Below are positions 1 through 8,987 of a DNA stretch of 52,387 bases, piece by piece. The stretch lies in the IMG/VR virus record IMGVR_UViG_3300021378_000034, positions 1-52,387 of that record; one strand, given 5' to 3'. This stretch comes from a virus (lineage: Duplodnaviria > Caudoviricetes). The notes under the pieces are model-generated. The model searched no databases. It was not told the DNA's origin and worked only from the letters and a program-made list of their open reading frames with translations. Position 1 is the stretch's first letter, and every line of letters begins with the position of its first letter. Made by a program: the position numbers and the translations under genes.

Positions 1-741
1 GTCGGGATCGGGACGACTTCGCCTGCTGCTGGTTCTCAATTAACATTAAGGTCAAGTGCTTCGACAGGTATGACAATATTGTCAGCATCTAACACTGGAG
101 AATGTTTTATTAATTTTAGCGATAATGATGATGCTAATGTAGGCCAAATATTTTATGGGCACAGCCCAGATAGAATGGCATTTAGAGTAGGTGATGATAC
201 AAGAATGACAATATTAGGTTCTAGCGGGAACGTCGGAATCGGAGCAACTTCGCCACAAGCTAGATTAGAAGTAAATGGCGCTCTAATAGTAGGGCCCGCT
301 AATCGAGATTCTGGTGTTACATTATCAGAAGTAGGTAATGATGTAAGTTTAGGCAACGAAGGTGGTTCCATTGAAGTTAATGTACCTATACAAGGAACAA
401 CAACAAATGGTTGTACTTTAACTTTTACTTATGCAAAAGCAAGTTGGGCATCTTGGATATTAGATTATGAATTTGCAAGTACAGATGGGATGGTAAAAGG
501 TGTTGTGGGAGGATATAATAACGGTAGTACTGGTAACGGTAAAACACAAATGTTAGCAAATTTTTCAACGTCTGTTGCGGTTAGCAATGGCGGTGCAGGA
601 AATCAGCATGTTATAGTTACATTTACTTTTTCTAGCGGTATGGGTATTCATCCATTTGCTAGATTTAAATATTCGCAAGGTGGCGGCGATGGTACACCTA
701 GAGCAGATAGAGTATCAGTAGTATATACTGAAGGAAGTTAA
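1..741 (+). CDS. Tail fibre protein, C-terminal part (5'-truncated by window edge)
   Basis: Frame is open from base 1 (VGIGTTSPAAG...). Contains two (GN)VGIG(T/A)TSP fibre repeats and lies upstream of other fibre genes. Confidence 0.75.
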   Translation, partial: VGIGTTSPAAGSQLTLRSSASTGMTILSASNTGECFINFSDNDDANVGQIFYGHSPDRMAFRVGDDTRMTILGSSGNVGIGATSPQARLEVNGALIVGPANRDSGVTLSEVGNDVSLGNEGGSIEVNVPIQGTTTNGCTLTFTYAKASWASWILDYEFASTDGMVKGVVGGYNNGSTGNGKTQMLANFSTSVAVSNGGAGNQHVIVTFTFSSGMGIHPFARFKYSQGGGDGTPRADRVSVVYTEGS

Positions 742-762
742 AATAAATAAATAAATAAAATA

Positions 763-1095
763 ATGGCAAACACTTACAAATGGAGAATTAATGCGTTAGA
801 CGCAAAAATTTCCCACGATAGCAATGATAATGTTATCAACACAATTCACTGGGGATATTCCGCAGTAGACAACGACGATGCAACAAAAACAGCTTCATCT
901 ATAGGTACACACAGCGTTGTATACGATGCAGACAATTTCACTGCATATGCCAGCTTAGAAGAATCTGATATTGTAGCATGGTTAGAAGCTGGATTAGATG
1001 TTGCAGCTATGAAAGCTAGTTTAGATGCAAAAATTGCATTACTAAAAGCTCCAGTAGACATAACATTTTCAAATCCTTTCCCACCAGCAGAATAA
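763..1095 (+). CDS. Small tail-fibre-associated protein
   Basis: 110 aa directly after a fibre gene. Visibly paralogous to 5075-5416 (TYxWxI...V...H; NFTAxASxxExDxxxW). Confidence 0.65.
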   Translation: MANTYKWRINALDAKISHDSNDNVINTIHWGYSAVDNDDATKTASSIGTHSVVYDADNFTAYASLEESDIVAWLEAGLDVAAMKASLDAKIALLKAPVDITFSNPFPPAE

Positions 1096-1105
1096 AAATT
1101 AAATT

Positions 1106-4100
1106 ATGGCATTAACTAAAGTAACAGGTGATTTTATAAAAGCGGGTTCAATAACCCAGGGACACTTACATTCAAGTCACGGTATAACAACTTCTCATAT
1201 TACTGAAGGTGATAAACTGTTCTTTACTAACGCCAGAGTAGACTCAAGAGTTGGAAGTTTAAGTACATCTAATTTATCTGAGGGTACTAATCTATATTAT
1301 ACTGATGCAAGAGCTAGAGCAGCAATTAGTGCTACTGGTTCTTTAAGTTATAATAGCACAACAGGTGTTATGTCATTTACAATGCCTGCTCAGAACACAT
1401 CGAATATTACCGAAGGTAGTAATTTATATTACACTGATGCTAGAGCAGATGCTAGAGTTGCTTTAATTGTAGACTCAGCACCTGGAACTTTAAATACATT
1501 AAATGAATTAGCAGCTGCTTTAGGAGACGACGCAAACTTTAGTACAACAGTTACAAATAGTATTGCAACTAAATTACCACTTGCTGGTGGTACTTTAACT
1601 GGCGCATTGCAAGCACAACCTTGGTTGTTTAGAAGTATGGCAAACCAGACTGAATATCATGTTTTAGACAATGGATCTTCAAATGGCCCAAGTTGGAAAT
1701 TTAGATATGATGGCTCTACCGCTAACAGATATGTTGATTTTGGATATAAAGACGGTAATGGAACTTATACTAGTGGTTTAAAATTATATAATAATCAAAC
1801 AGTAAGCTGGAGAGGAACTGATATAGTAAATGCCAACGGCCAATGGACGGGCGGCATTGCAAGCTCAGGATACAATGATTCAAACTGGAACACAGCTTAC
1901 GGCTGGGGCAATCACGCTAGTGCTGGGTACTTTACTAATAGTGGTTCTTGGCTTGGTGATTTAGGAAGTAATGGATATACTCGTGAAAATGGGTTAACTA
2001 TGACTGGTGGTTCTGAATTTGTAGTTTTATCCAAAAGTGGTCAAGGATCTGTTCTGGTAGATGGTCATTATATGGCTTATGAAAGTAATAATGGATTCTT
2101 TGGTACTTTTAATTCAGCCTATGGTAACTTAACAGGTATAAGAGCTAGTGCTGCTAATACATTAAAAGTAATGCAGCTTGATGGTGGTAATGCTATTTTA
2201 TTAGTAACACAAGATGTAAGAGCACCATTATATTACGATTCAAATGATACTGTTTATTATGTAAACCCAGCAAGTAGAAGTAATTTTGGTGATTTAGATT
2301 TAAACTCAGGTGCAGTTTGGGATGCTACAACGCAAGGTACATCTAAAGGTTCTTTGCATATAGACCCTAATAGCGGTACTGATCACGCGGGTGGTGCTAT
2401 AACTTTTGGTGCTTCGGATCACAATAATGGTCAATCTTCGGATGCCGGTATATATGTAAGATCAGATGGTAGTTACGGTACTAGGATGTATTTATCTACA
2501 ACTGATAGTTACGCTGTAGGCTCTAAAACGACTATAAGGCTAGAAGCTGCAGGAGGGCTATATGTTGATAGGGGGAATTTTTATGCGCCTATACTCTATG
2601 ATTTAAATAATACTTCATACTTTTTAAACCCATCAGCATCTGGAGGGAATGCATTGAAAACTATAGGTGATTGGAGACAAACCACTGATGCTTGGTCAGG
2701 TGAAGTTGGGGGGAAAATGCAATATCATGGTGATCATTGGTATTTACAAGCTACCGGATATGTACATTTTAGAAACGTTTCAGGTAGTAATACTTTTTAT
2801 GTTGATAGTGGTGGTACTGGTTACATTGCTAATCTTTTGACTGCTGCTAATTCATTAAGAGCACCTATATTCTACGATTCAAATGATACAAATCATTATT
2901 TAGATCCGGCAGCAACAAGTGTTGTTAATACACTTAAGTTTAGCGGTTCTAGTAACAATGGTAGATTTGATGCAGATGAATGGGGTGTTAGGTTTAAAAC
3001 AGATGCTGGGTACATATTATTTGGTCCTGCGAATACTGGCCACGCTCACATTTATACTGATAGAAGTAACTTCTATTTTGATAAACAAATAATACTAAAC
3101 GGCGGTAGTACAATAAACACCGCTGATATAAGAGCAAGTATATTTTATGATATAAATAATACCGCTTATTATACAAACCCCAATAGCCAAAGCAGCTTAT
3201 GGGGCGTTGCAATTAGAGGTGATAATGGTGCAACATCAACAGACAACCAAATATTTTTCTGGGGTTCTGGAAATACAACAACTTCAGCAATAGGATTTAA
3301 AGCTAATGGAGGTAATTTTACAAACCCAACAGGAAATGGAGATGGTTACAATACCTACCTAACTATGGATACAGATGGTAGAGGTTGGGTGTTTAGAAGA
3401 GGTACTGGCAGTAATAATTTTACCTCAGCTTACACTGCGGGGTGGATATTAAATAATGGGGTATGGCAAGCAAATGCTAGTATGCGAGCACCTTATTTCT
3501 ACGATTCAGACGATACAAATTATTATGTAAATCCAGCAGGGGCAAGTGTAGTAGATAGACTTAATAGAGCAAATCATCATACCGGCCATTTTGAAGGGTC
3601 ATATAACAATATTGGAAATAACTCCGCTAAATCAAATCCTATTTATACAATTGGGAGCAGTTATAATCCAAATGCAACTAATTTGGGGAGTATGTATGGT
3701 ATTGGTTATGCACATCCTAATTTATGGGGAAGTGGTAAAACAAGTGATTGGGGTATGTATATTGCAAATAATGGTAGTATTGATGCAACTATTGGAGATG
3801 GGTCGGTCACAGCTTGGTTTGCAAATCAAGTACACGCTGCTGGTGATTTTAGAGCTCCAACATTTTATGATTTAGATAATACAGGTTATTATTTAAATCC
3901 TAACGGAAATAGTGTATTAAGTACAGCAAATTTTTCTACAGTTCAAATATCTGCCGGGTCAAGTTATAATGAAAACATAAGAATGTTCCCTGGTAGTAAT
4001 GGCTATTCATCATTAATATTAGGCGCAGTTGCAGGATCGTCAGGAACTGGCACTGGGCAATGGACTTTAGTTAGATATCCCACCGCAACGCATTCTAATA

Positions 4101-5029
4101 AATTTACTATAAGACACAATAGCACTGATCACGTTACGATAGCAACAGCAGGTCATGTAACAAATCATGTTGATACTAGATCACCTATATTTTATGATTC
4201 AGGTAATACAGGCTATTATGTGGATCCTGCATCGACTTCTAAATTTAATGATATATGGACTACTGATGGAGGTAACAATGGAACGGCACCAAGATGGGAT
4301 ACTTCTTTTTATGTAGCTCAATCTCAACATTATTATGCGCATACTAGCACTCAGACTATGTATATTGGTGAATCTAATACTATTAATATAAGATCAGTTG
4401 GTATAGCTAGCGGATCACTTAGGGCTCCAATATTCTATGATTCAAATAATACTGGTTATTATACACATCCTGATGGAACTAGCGTTATTAATGGTTTGAC
4501 TATGGCTGGTGCTTTACAAACTGCAGGAAGTCATACGGTGGGCTCAGGTGGAACGTCTAATATATACATGGGTGGAACCTCTGGTAGCTTTTTTAGATTC
4601 CACACTCATGGGGGTGCCACTTATTTTGATATGAATGCTGGTAATATAAACTGGAGACAAGGTTCAAGTACGAGATTTATATTTTATAGTACCACCGCAA
4701 ACATGACCGTTTACGGAACCGTGACTCAGCATTCAGATTTAAGAATTAAAGACAACGTGGTTGAAATACCTAATTGTATAGACAAAGTTAAGTCTATAAG
4801 GGGTATTTATTACAATAGAACAGATTTTAACACGGAACCAACTAAAATAGGTGTTGTAGCTCAAGAAGTGGAAGTAGAAATGCCAGAATTAGTTCATGAT
4901 GAAGAAACTTCAGGTATTAAATCAGTTTCTTATACAGAACTTACTGCGGTTTTAGTAAACGCAATAAAAGAACAACAAACAATTATAGATGACTTGAAGT
5001 CAAGACTTGAAACTTTAGAAAATCAGTAA
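1106..5029 (+). CDS. Long tail fibre with C-terminal intramolecular chaperone (peptidase S74-like)
   Basis: N-terminal TSNxxEGxNLYYTDARA repeats, the fibre motif APGTLNTLNELAAALGDD, eight RAPxFYDxxNTxYYxxP repeats, and C-terminal SDLRIKDNV...GVVAQEVE...VSY plus a coiled coil. Confidence 0.9.
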   Translation: MALTKVTGDFIKAGSITQGHLHSSHGITTSHITEGDKLFFTNARVDSRVGSLSTSNLSEGTNLYYTDARARAAISATGSLSYNSTTGVMSFTMPAQNTSNITEGSNLYYTDARADARVALIVDSAPGTLNTLNELAAALGDDANFSTTVTNSIATKLPLAGGTLTGALQAQPWLFRSMANQTEYHVLDNGSSNGPSWKFRYDGSTANRYVDFGYKDGNGTYTSGLKLYNNQTVSWRGTDIVNANGQWTGGIASSGYNDSNWNTAYGWGNHASAGYFTNSGSWLGDLGSNGYTRENGLTMTGGSEFVVLSKSGQGSVLVDGHYMAYESNNGFFGTFNSAYGNLTGIRASAANTLKVMQLDGGNAILLVTQDVRAPLYYDSNDTVYYVNPASRSNFGDLDLNSGAVWDATTQGTSKGSLHIDPNSGTDHAGGAITFGASDHNNGQSSDAGIYVRSDGSYGTRMYLSTTDSYAVGSKTTIRLEAAGGLYVDRGNFYAPILYDLNNTSYFLNPSASGGNALKTIGDWRQTTDAWSGEVGGKMQYHGDHWYLQATGYVHFRNVSGSNTFYVDSGGTGYIANLLTAANSLRAPIFYDSNDTNHYLDPAATSVVNTLKFSGSSNNGRFDADEWGVRFKTDAGYILFGPANTGHAHIYTDRSNFYFDKQIILNGGSTINTADIRASIFYDINNTAYYTNPNSQSSLWGVAIRGDNGATSTDNQIFFWGSGNTTTSAIGFKANGGNFTNPTGNGDGYNTYLTMDTDGRGWVFRRGTGSNNFTSAYTAGWILNNGVWQANASMRAPYFYDSDDTNYYVNPAGASVVDRLNRANHHTGHFEGSYNNIGNNSAKSNPIYTIGSSYNPNATNLGSMYGIGYAHPNLWGSGKTSDWGMYIANNGSIDATIGDGSVTAWFANQVHAAGDFRAPTFYDLDNTGYYLNPNGNSVLSTANFSTVQISAGSSYNENIRMFPGSNGYSSLILGAVAGSSGTGTGQWTLVRYPTATHSNKFTIRHNSTDHVTIATAGHVTNHVDTRSPIFYDSGNTGYYVDPASTSKFNDIWTTDGGNNGTAPRWDTSFYVAQSQHYYAHTSTQTMYIGESNTINIRSVGIASGSLRAPIFYDSNNTGYYTHPDGTSVINGLTMAGALQTAGSHTVGSGGTSNIYMGGTSGSFFRFHTHGGATYFDMNAGNINWRQGSSTRFIFYSTTANMTVYGTVTQHSDLRIKDNVVEIPNCIDKVKSIRGIYYNRTDFNTEPTKIGVVAQEVEVEMPELVHDEETSGIKSVSYTELTAVLVNAIKEQQTIIDDLKSRLETLENQ

Positions 5030-5074
5030 AACAAGTGATAATAAATTATAACACAAACAATTAAAAAATAAATT

Positions 5075-5416
5075 ATGGCAATTACTTACACATGGGCAAT
5101 CACGGCTATGAAAAAAGCACCCAGTCTCGACGGTTTGTCGGATGTGATTACACACGTAAATTTTAAATACGTGGGAACAGATAGTGAAAATGATTCCGAA
5201 GGCAATCCTTACACTGCAGAATTTTCAGGAGCGTGCCCTATTGGTGCGCCAGACTCTGAAAACTTTACCGCTTTGGCTAGCGTTACAGAAGCCGATGTTA
5301 TTTCCTGGGCTCAAGCTAATCACCCAGTTGATCACATGCAAGAAGTTATAACCAAAAATATTAGCGAACAAAAAATACCAAAAAACGAAGACGTCTCGGA
5401 AATGCCGTGGGCGTAA
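5075..5416 (+). CDS. Small tail-fibre-associated protein (paralog of 763-1095)
   Basis: Follows the fibre gene and shares motifs with 763-1095. Confidence 0.65.
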   Translation: MAITYTWAITAMKKAPSLDGLSDVITHVNFKYVGTDSENDSEGNPYTAEFSGACPIGAPDSENFTALASVTEADVISWAQANHPVDHMQEVITKNISEQKIPKNEDVSEMPWA

Positions 5417-5451
5417 ATTAAATTAAGTTAAATTAAAATTAGATTAAAATT

Positions 5452-5736
5452 ATGGAAAACCAAGAAAACAAAATTAGCCAAGAACAATTAGAAGAACTAC
5501 AAGGATTTGTAGGTAAGCTTAATCAAGCTGCTTCTCAAATTGGAAACCTAGAATTACAAAAACACCAGCTTAACCACGCTGCAGCAGAAGTTCAACAAGA
5601 CTTGAACAAGTTGCAAGCTAAGCTAGAGGAAAAGTACGGAAAAATTAAAATTGATATTCAAACTGGAAACTATGAACCTATTGAAGAAGAAGGTGGGGAA
5701 GAAATCGTAGGTCCAGAAGTATTAAAGAAAGCGTAG
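5452..5736 (+). CDS. Hypothetical coiled-coil protein
   Basis: Q/E/L-rich heptad pattern; tightly packed in the operon. Confidence 0.6.
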   Translation: MENQENKISQEQLEELQGFVGKLNQAASQIGNLELQKHQLNHAAAEVQQDLNKLQAKLEEKYGKIKIDIQTGNYEPIEEEGGEEIVGPEVLKKA

Positions 5737-5738
5737 TA

Positions 5739-5957
5739 ATGTCTTTGGTAAGAAAAATTAGTATAGGTAGAGACTATAAGAACGACGCTATGCATTATGC
5801 TGTAGGCCAAGAAGTATATGGTGGCCATACAATATGTGATATAGTAGAAGGTGATGATAAGTTCTCTATTTACATTAAAAAGAAAAACGAAGTATTACCG
5901 TGGAAAGATTTTAATAAAAACATGGCAATAGCTGTGGAGTATAATTTAGAATATTAA
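5739..5957 (+). CDS. Hypothetical protein
   Basis: 72-aa ORF, TAATG-coupled to the next gene. Confidence 0.6.
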   Translation: MSLVRKISIGRDYKNDAMHYAVGQEVYGGHTICDIVEGDDKFSIYIKKKNEVLPWKDFNKNMAIAVEYNLEY

Positions 5958-6550
5958 TGCAAAGTTTATTTGATTTTATTATAAAACCAAAAAACGAAAG
6001 ATACGATAACAAAAAATATATAGATGGTCAAGAGCTTTTAGTTAATACTGAAATCTCTGATCATCAATATGTTAGTCGTACTGGAATTGTTTTAAATGTA
6101 CCTAAGTCTGAAAAAACTGAATTACAAATTGGTGATGAAGTTATTCTACATCACAATGTGTTTAGAAGATGGTACAATCAATACGGTGTGGAAAAAAATT
6201 CACGTGGCTATTATAAAGATAATCTTTATTTTGTTAAGTCAGATCAAATATTTCTATACAAAAGAGATAACAAATGGAACGCACCCAAAGGCTTCTGTTT
6301 TGTTAAACCAATCAAATCTACTGATATATTAAATAACGAGAAAGAACAAGCCCTAAGGGGCATTATAAAGCATGTTGACAAGGACATTAGCAGTTTAATA
6401 GAGAAAGAAGATTTAGTTGGGTTTACACCTAGCAGCGAATACGAATTTATTGTAGACGGTGAAAGAATGTATAGGGTATTAACTAATTCAATATCTATTA
6501 AATATGAACGTCAAGGAAACGAAAAAGAATATAATCCAAGCTGGGCATGA
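5957..6550 (+). CDS. GroES-like co-chaperonin (two tandem GroES-like halves)
   Basis: Two halves of the pattern F(I/V)KP...G(I)(V/I)...(G/E)D(E/L)V..., resembling GroES strands; located beside the head genes. Confidence 0.55.
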   Translation: MQSLFDFIIKPKNERYDNKKYIDGQELLVNTEISDHQYVSRTGIVLNVPKSEKTELQIGDEVILHHNVFRRWYNQYGVEKNSRGYYKDNLYFVKSDQIFLYKRDNKWNAPKGFCFVKPIKSTDILNNEKEQALRGIIKHVDKDISSLIEKEDLVGFTPSSEYEFIVDGERMYRVLTNSISIKYERQGNEKEYNPSWA

Positions 6551-6779
6551 AGCAGTCAAAGAACTTATTAAAGTTGCTAAAGAACCTATTGTTGAAACTG
6601 ATGATGACATCTCAGCCGATAGACTCAAGAACGCTGCAGCCACTAAAAAGCTCGCAATATTCGATGCATTTGAGATACTAGGTAGAATCGAAGAAGAAAA
6701 CGATATACTTAATAACAAGCCTAAAAAAGAAACTGAAGCAGAAGTGTTTAGTGGGTTTGCAGAAAGAAGATCTAAATAA
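6504..6779 (+). CDS. Probable terminase small subunit
   Basis: Short helical protein immediately upstream of, and coupled to, TerL. Positional inference. Confidence 0.5.
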   Translation: MNVKETKKNIIQAGHEAVKELIKVAKEPIVETDDDISADRLKNAAATKKLAIFDAFEILGRIEEENDILNNKPKKETEAEVFSGFAERRSK

Positions 6780-8986
6780 TGTACAAGCAGAGTTTATATA
6801 AGGTTATAGACCCCATTAAAATAACCACTATTAAAAGATTAAATAAATCTAAAAAGTGGGAGTATGGATACAACGAAGAGCATGATGTTGTTGTTATATC
6901 AAAGACAGGACAAATAGGCGAAGTGTATAGCATACAGAATTTAAAAATAGCACTGCCAAAATCAAACAACGTTGATACTCAAAATGATCAGTGGACTCCA
7001 CACGAGTATCCTAAAGAGCTTAAAACAATCAAGAGTATATTTGATTGGAAAGATTATCCGGATGAATTTAAACAAAGATGGCATGCATATATTGATAAAG
7101 AATTTACTAAACGTGATGAAGGGCATTGGTTCAAGAGCAAAGGGGTTCCCACTTATATTACTGGCACTCATTATATGTACTTGCAGTGGACCAAGATTGA
7201 TGTTGGGAGACCAGACTTTCGAGAAGCCAATAGATTATTCTTTATTTATTGGGAAGCGTGTAAAGCAGATAGACGGTGTTATGGAATGTGCTATCTCAAG
7301 AATAGACGTTCAGGTTTTTCGTTTATGGCATCCTCAGAGACAGTTAACTTGGCTACCGTATCTTCCGATGCACGGTACGGAATACTGTCCAAATCTGGAG
7401 CCGATGCGAAGAAAATGTTCACAGATAAGGTGGTACCAATATCGATCAATTATCCATTCTTTTTCAGACCCATCCAGGACGGTATGGATCGCCCCAAGAC
7501 AGAACTCGCGTACAGAGTACCCGCTTCGAAATTTACACGTAAAAGATTCGAATCAAAAGATAGAGCCCAGGAAATCGCTGGATTGGACACCACTATCGAC
7601 TGGAAAAATACCGGGGACAATTCATATGATGGAGAGAAACTCGCACTTCTCGTCCATGATGAAGCCGGCAAATGGGAACGCCCGGAAAACATTCTCAATA
7701 ACTGGAGAGTCACAAAAACCACGCTTAGACTTGGTTCGAGAATAATAGGTAAGTGTATGATGGGGTCAACGAGTAATGCTCTTGACAAAGGAGGTGAGAA
7801 TTTTAAAAAATTATATAATAATTCAGATGTTACGAAACGGAATAAAAATGGACAGACTCGTTCGGGACTATATTCTTTGTTCATACCTATGGAATGGAAT
7901 TTCGAAGGATTCATCGATTCTTATGGAATACCTGTCTTTAACACACCGAAAGAGCCTGTTACCGACAACCAGGGAGATAATATCAACGTCGGGGTTATTG
8001 AACATTGGGAGAATGAAGTAGATGGTTTAAAAGGAGATCAAGACGGTTTAAATGAATTTTATAGACAGTTTCCACGTACAGAGGAACACGCATTTAGAGA
8101 TGAAGCTAAGAATAGTATATTTAACTTAGCTAAGATATATGAGCAAATTGACTTTAATGATGATATAACAACAGAAGCAAATGTAACAACAGGAAGCTTC
8201 TCTTGGCAAAATGGCATTAAAGATACCAAAGTGCAATTTACACCAAATCCAAATGGAAGATTTAAAATAAGTTGGGTACCGGGTATTACATTACAAAATA
8301 ACATCATTAATAAAAATGGTATTAAATATCCTGGTAACGAACATATGGGCGCTTTCGGTTGTGACAGTTATGATATATCAGGAACAACAGATGGCAAAGG
8401 ATCTAAAGGTGCATTGCACGGATTAACAAAATTTAGTATGGAGGATGCTCCTCCTAATAGATTTTTTTTAGAATATGTAGCTAGGCCACAAACAGCGGAA
8501 ATGTTTTTTGAAGATGTTTTAATGGCATTAGTGTTTTATAGCATGCCAATACTTGCGGAAAATAATAAACCAAGATTATTATATTACTTAAGAAGAAGAG
8601 GGTACAGGGGATATTCTATGAATAGGCCTGATAGATTGTGGAATAAATTATCTGTTACTGAAAAAGAAATTGGTGGCATACCAAATTCAAGTGAAGATAT
8701 AAGACAAGCTCACGCTGCAGCAATTGAAACATATATTAACAGCCACGTAGGTATTACACCTAACGGAGATTACGGAGATTTATATTTTAATGAAACATTA
8801 AACGATTGGGCTAAGTTTGATATAAATAAAAGAACCAAGTTTGATGCGGCAATTAGTTCAGGGCTAGCAATTATGGCTTGCAATAAAAATAAATACAGAC
8901 CGAGTGCAGAAAAACAAAAATCAAAAGTTAACATTAACTTTTCGAGATACGAAAACAAAGGAATTACATCAAAAATAATTAATTAA
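6779..8986 (+). CDS. terL: Terminase large subunit
   Basis: Walker A-like KNRRSGFS, Walker B LLVHDEAGKW, motif III MGST, and RNase H-like nuclease GCDSYD...ENN; lies upstream of the portal. Confidence 0.92.
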   Translation: MYKQSLYKVIDPIKITTIKRLNKSKKWEYGYNEEHDVVVISKTGQIGEVYSIQNLKIALPKSNNVDTQNDQWTPHEYPKELKTIKSIFDWKDYPDEFKQRWHAYIDKEFTKRDEGHWFKSKGVPTYITGTHYMYLQWTKIDVGRPDFREANRLFFIYWEACKADRRCYGMCYLKNRRSGFSFMASSETVNLATVSSDARYGILSKSGADAKKMFTDKVVPISINYPFFFRPIQDGMDRPKTELAYRVPASKFTRKRFESKDRAQEIAGLDTTIDWKNTGDNSYDGEKLALLVHDEAGKWERPENILNNWRVTKTTLRLGSRIIGKCMMGSTSNALDKGGENFKKLYNNSDVTKRNKNGQTRSGLYSLFIPMEWNFEGFIDSYGIPVFNTPKEPVTDNQGDNINVGVIEHWENEVDGLKGDQDGLNEFYRQFPRTEEHAFRDEAKNSIFNLAKIYEQIDFNDDITTEANVTTGSFSWQNGIKDTKVQFTPNPNGRFKISWVPGITLQNNIINKNGIKYPGNEHMGAFGCDSYDISGTTDGKGSKGALHGLTKFSMEDAPPNRFFLEYVARPQTAEMFFEDVLMALVFYSMPILAENNKPRLLYYLRRRGYRGYSMNRPDRLWNKLSVTEKEIGGIPNSSEDIRQAHAAAIETYINSHVGITPNGDYGDLYFNETLNDWAKFDINKRTKFDAAISSGLAIMACNKNKYRPSAEKQKSKVNINFSRYENKGITSKIIN
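7116..7745 (+). CDS. Candidate overprinted gene in the +1 frame of terL (lipoprotein-like N-terminus)
   Basis: Frame is stop-free from 6972 to 7742. From ATG 7116 it reads MKGIGSRAKGFPLILLALIICTCS, and it coincides with a visible local GC rise. Confidence 0.45.
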   Translation: MKGIGSRAKGFPLILLALIICTCSGPRLMLGDQTFEKPIDYSLFIGKRVKQIDGVMECAISRIDVQVFRLWHPQRQLTWLPYLPMHGTEYCPNLEPMRRKCSQIRWYQYRSIIHSFSDPSRTVWIAPRQNSRTEYPLRNLHVKDSNQKIEPRKSLDWTPLSTGKIPGTIHMMERNSHFSSMMKPANGNARKTFSITGESQKPRLDLVRE

Positions 8987-8987
8987 T

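Noticed and set aside
1106-5029. Diversity-generating retroelement or shufflon acting on the fibre
   Set aside because: No reverse transcriptase, invertase or near-identical TR/VR nucleotide pair was seen; the repeats are conserved only at the protein level.
7450-7914. 154-aa antisense ORF in terL, and similar short antisense ORFs throughout
   Set aside because: These are codon-aligned antisense shadows of real genes with no independent protein features.
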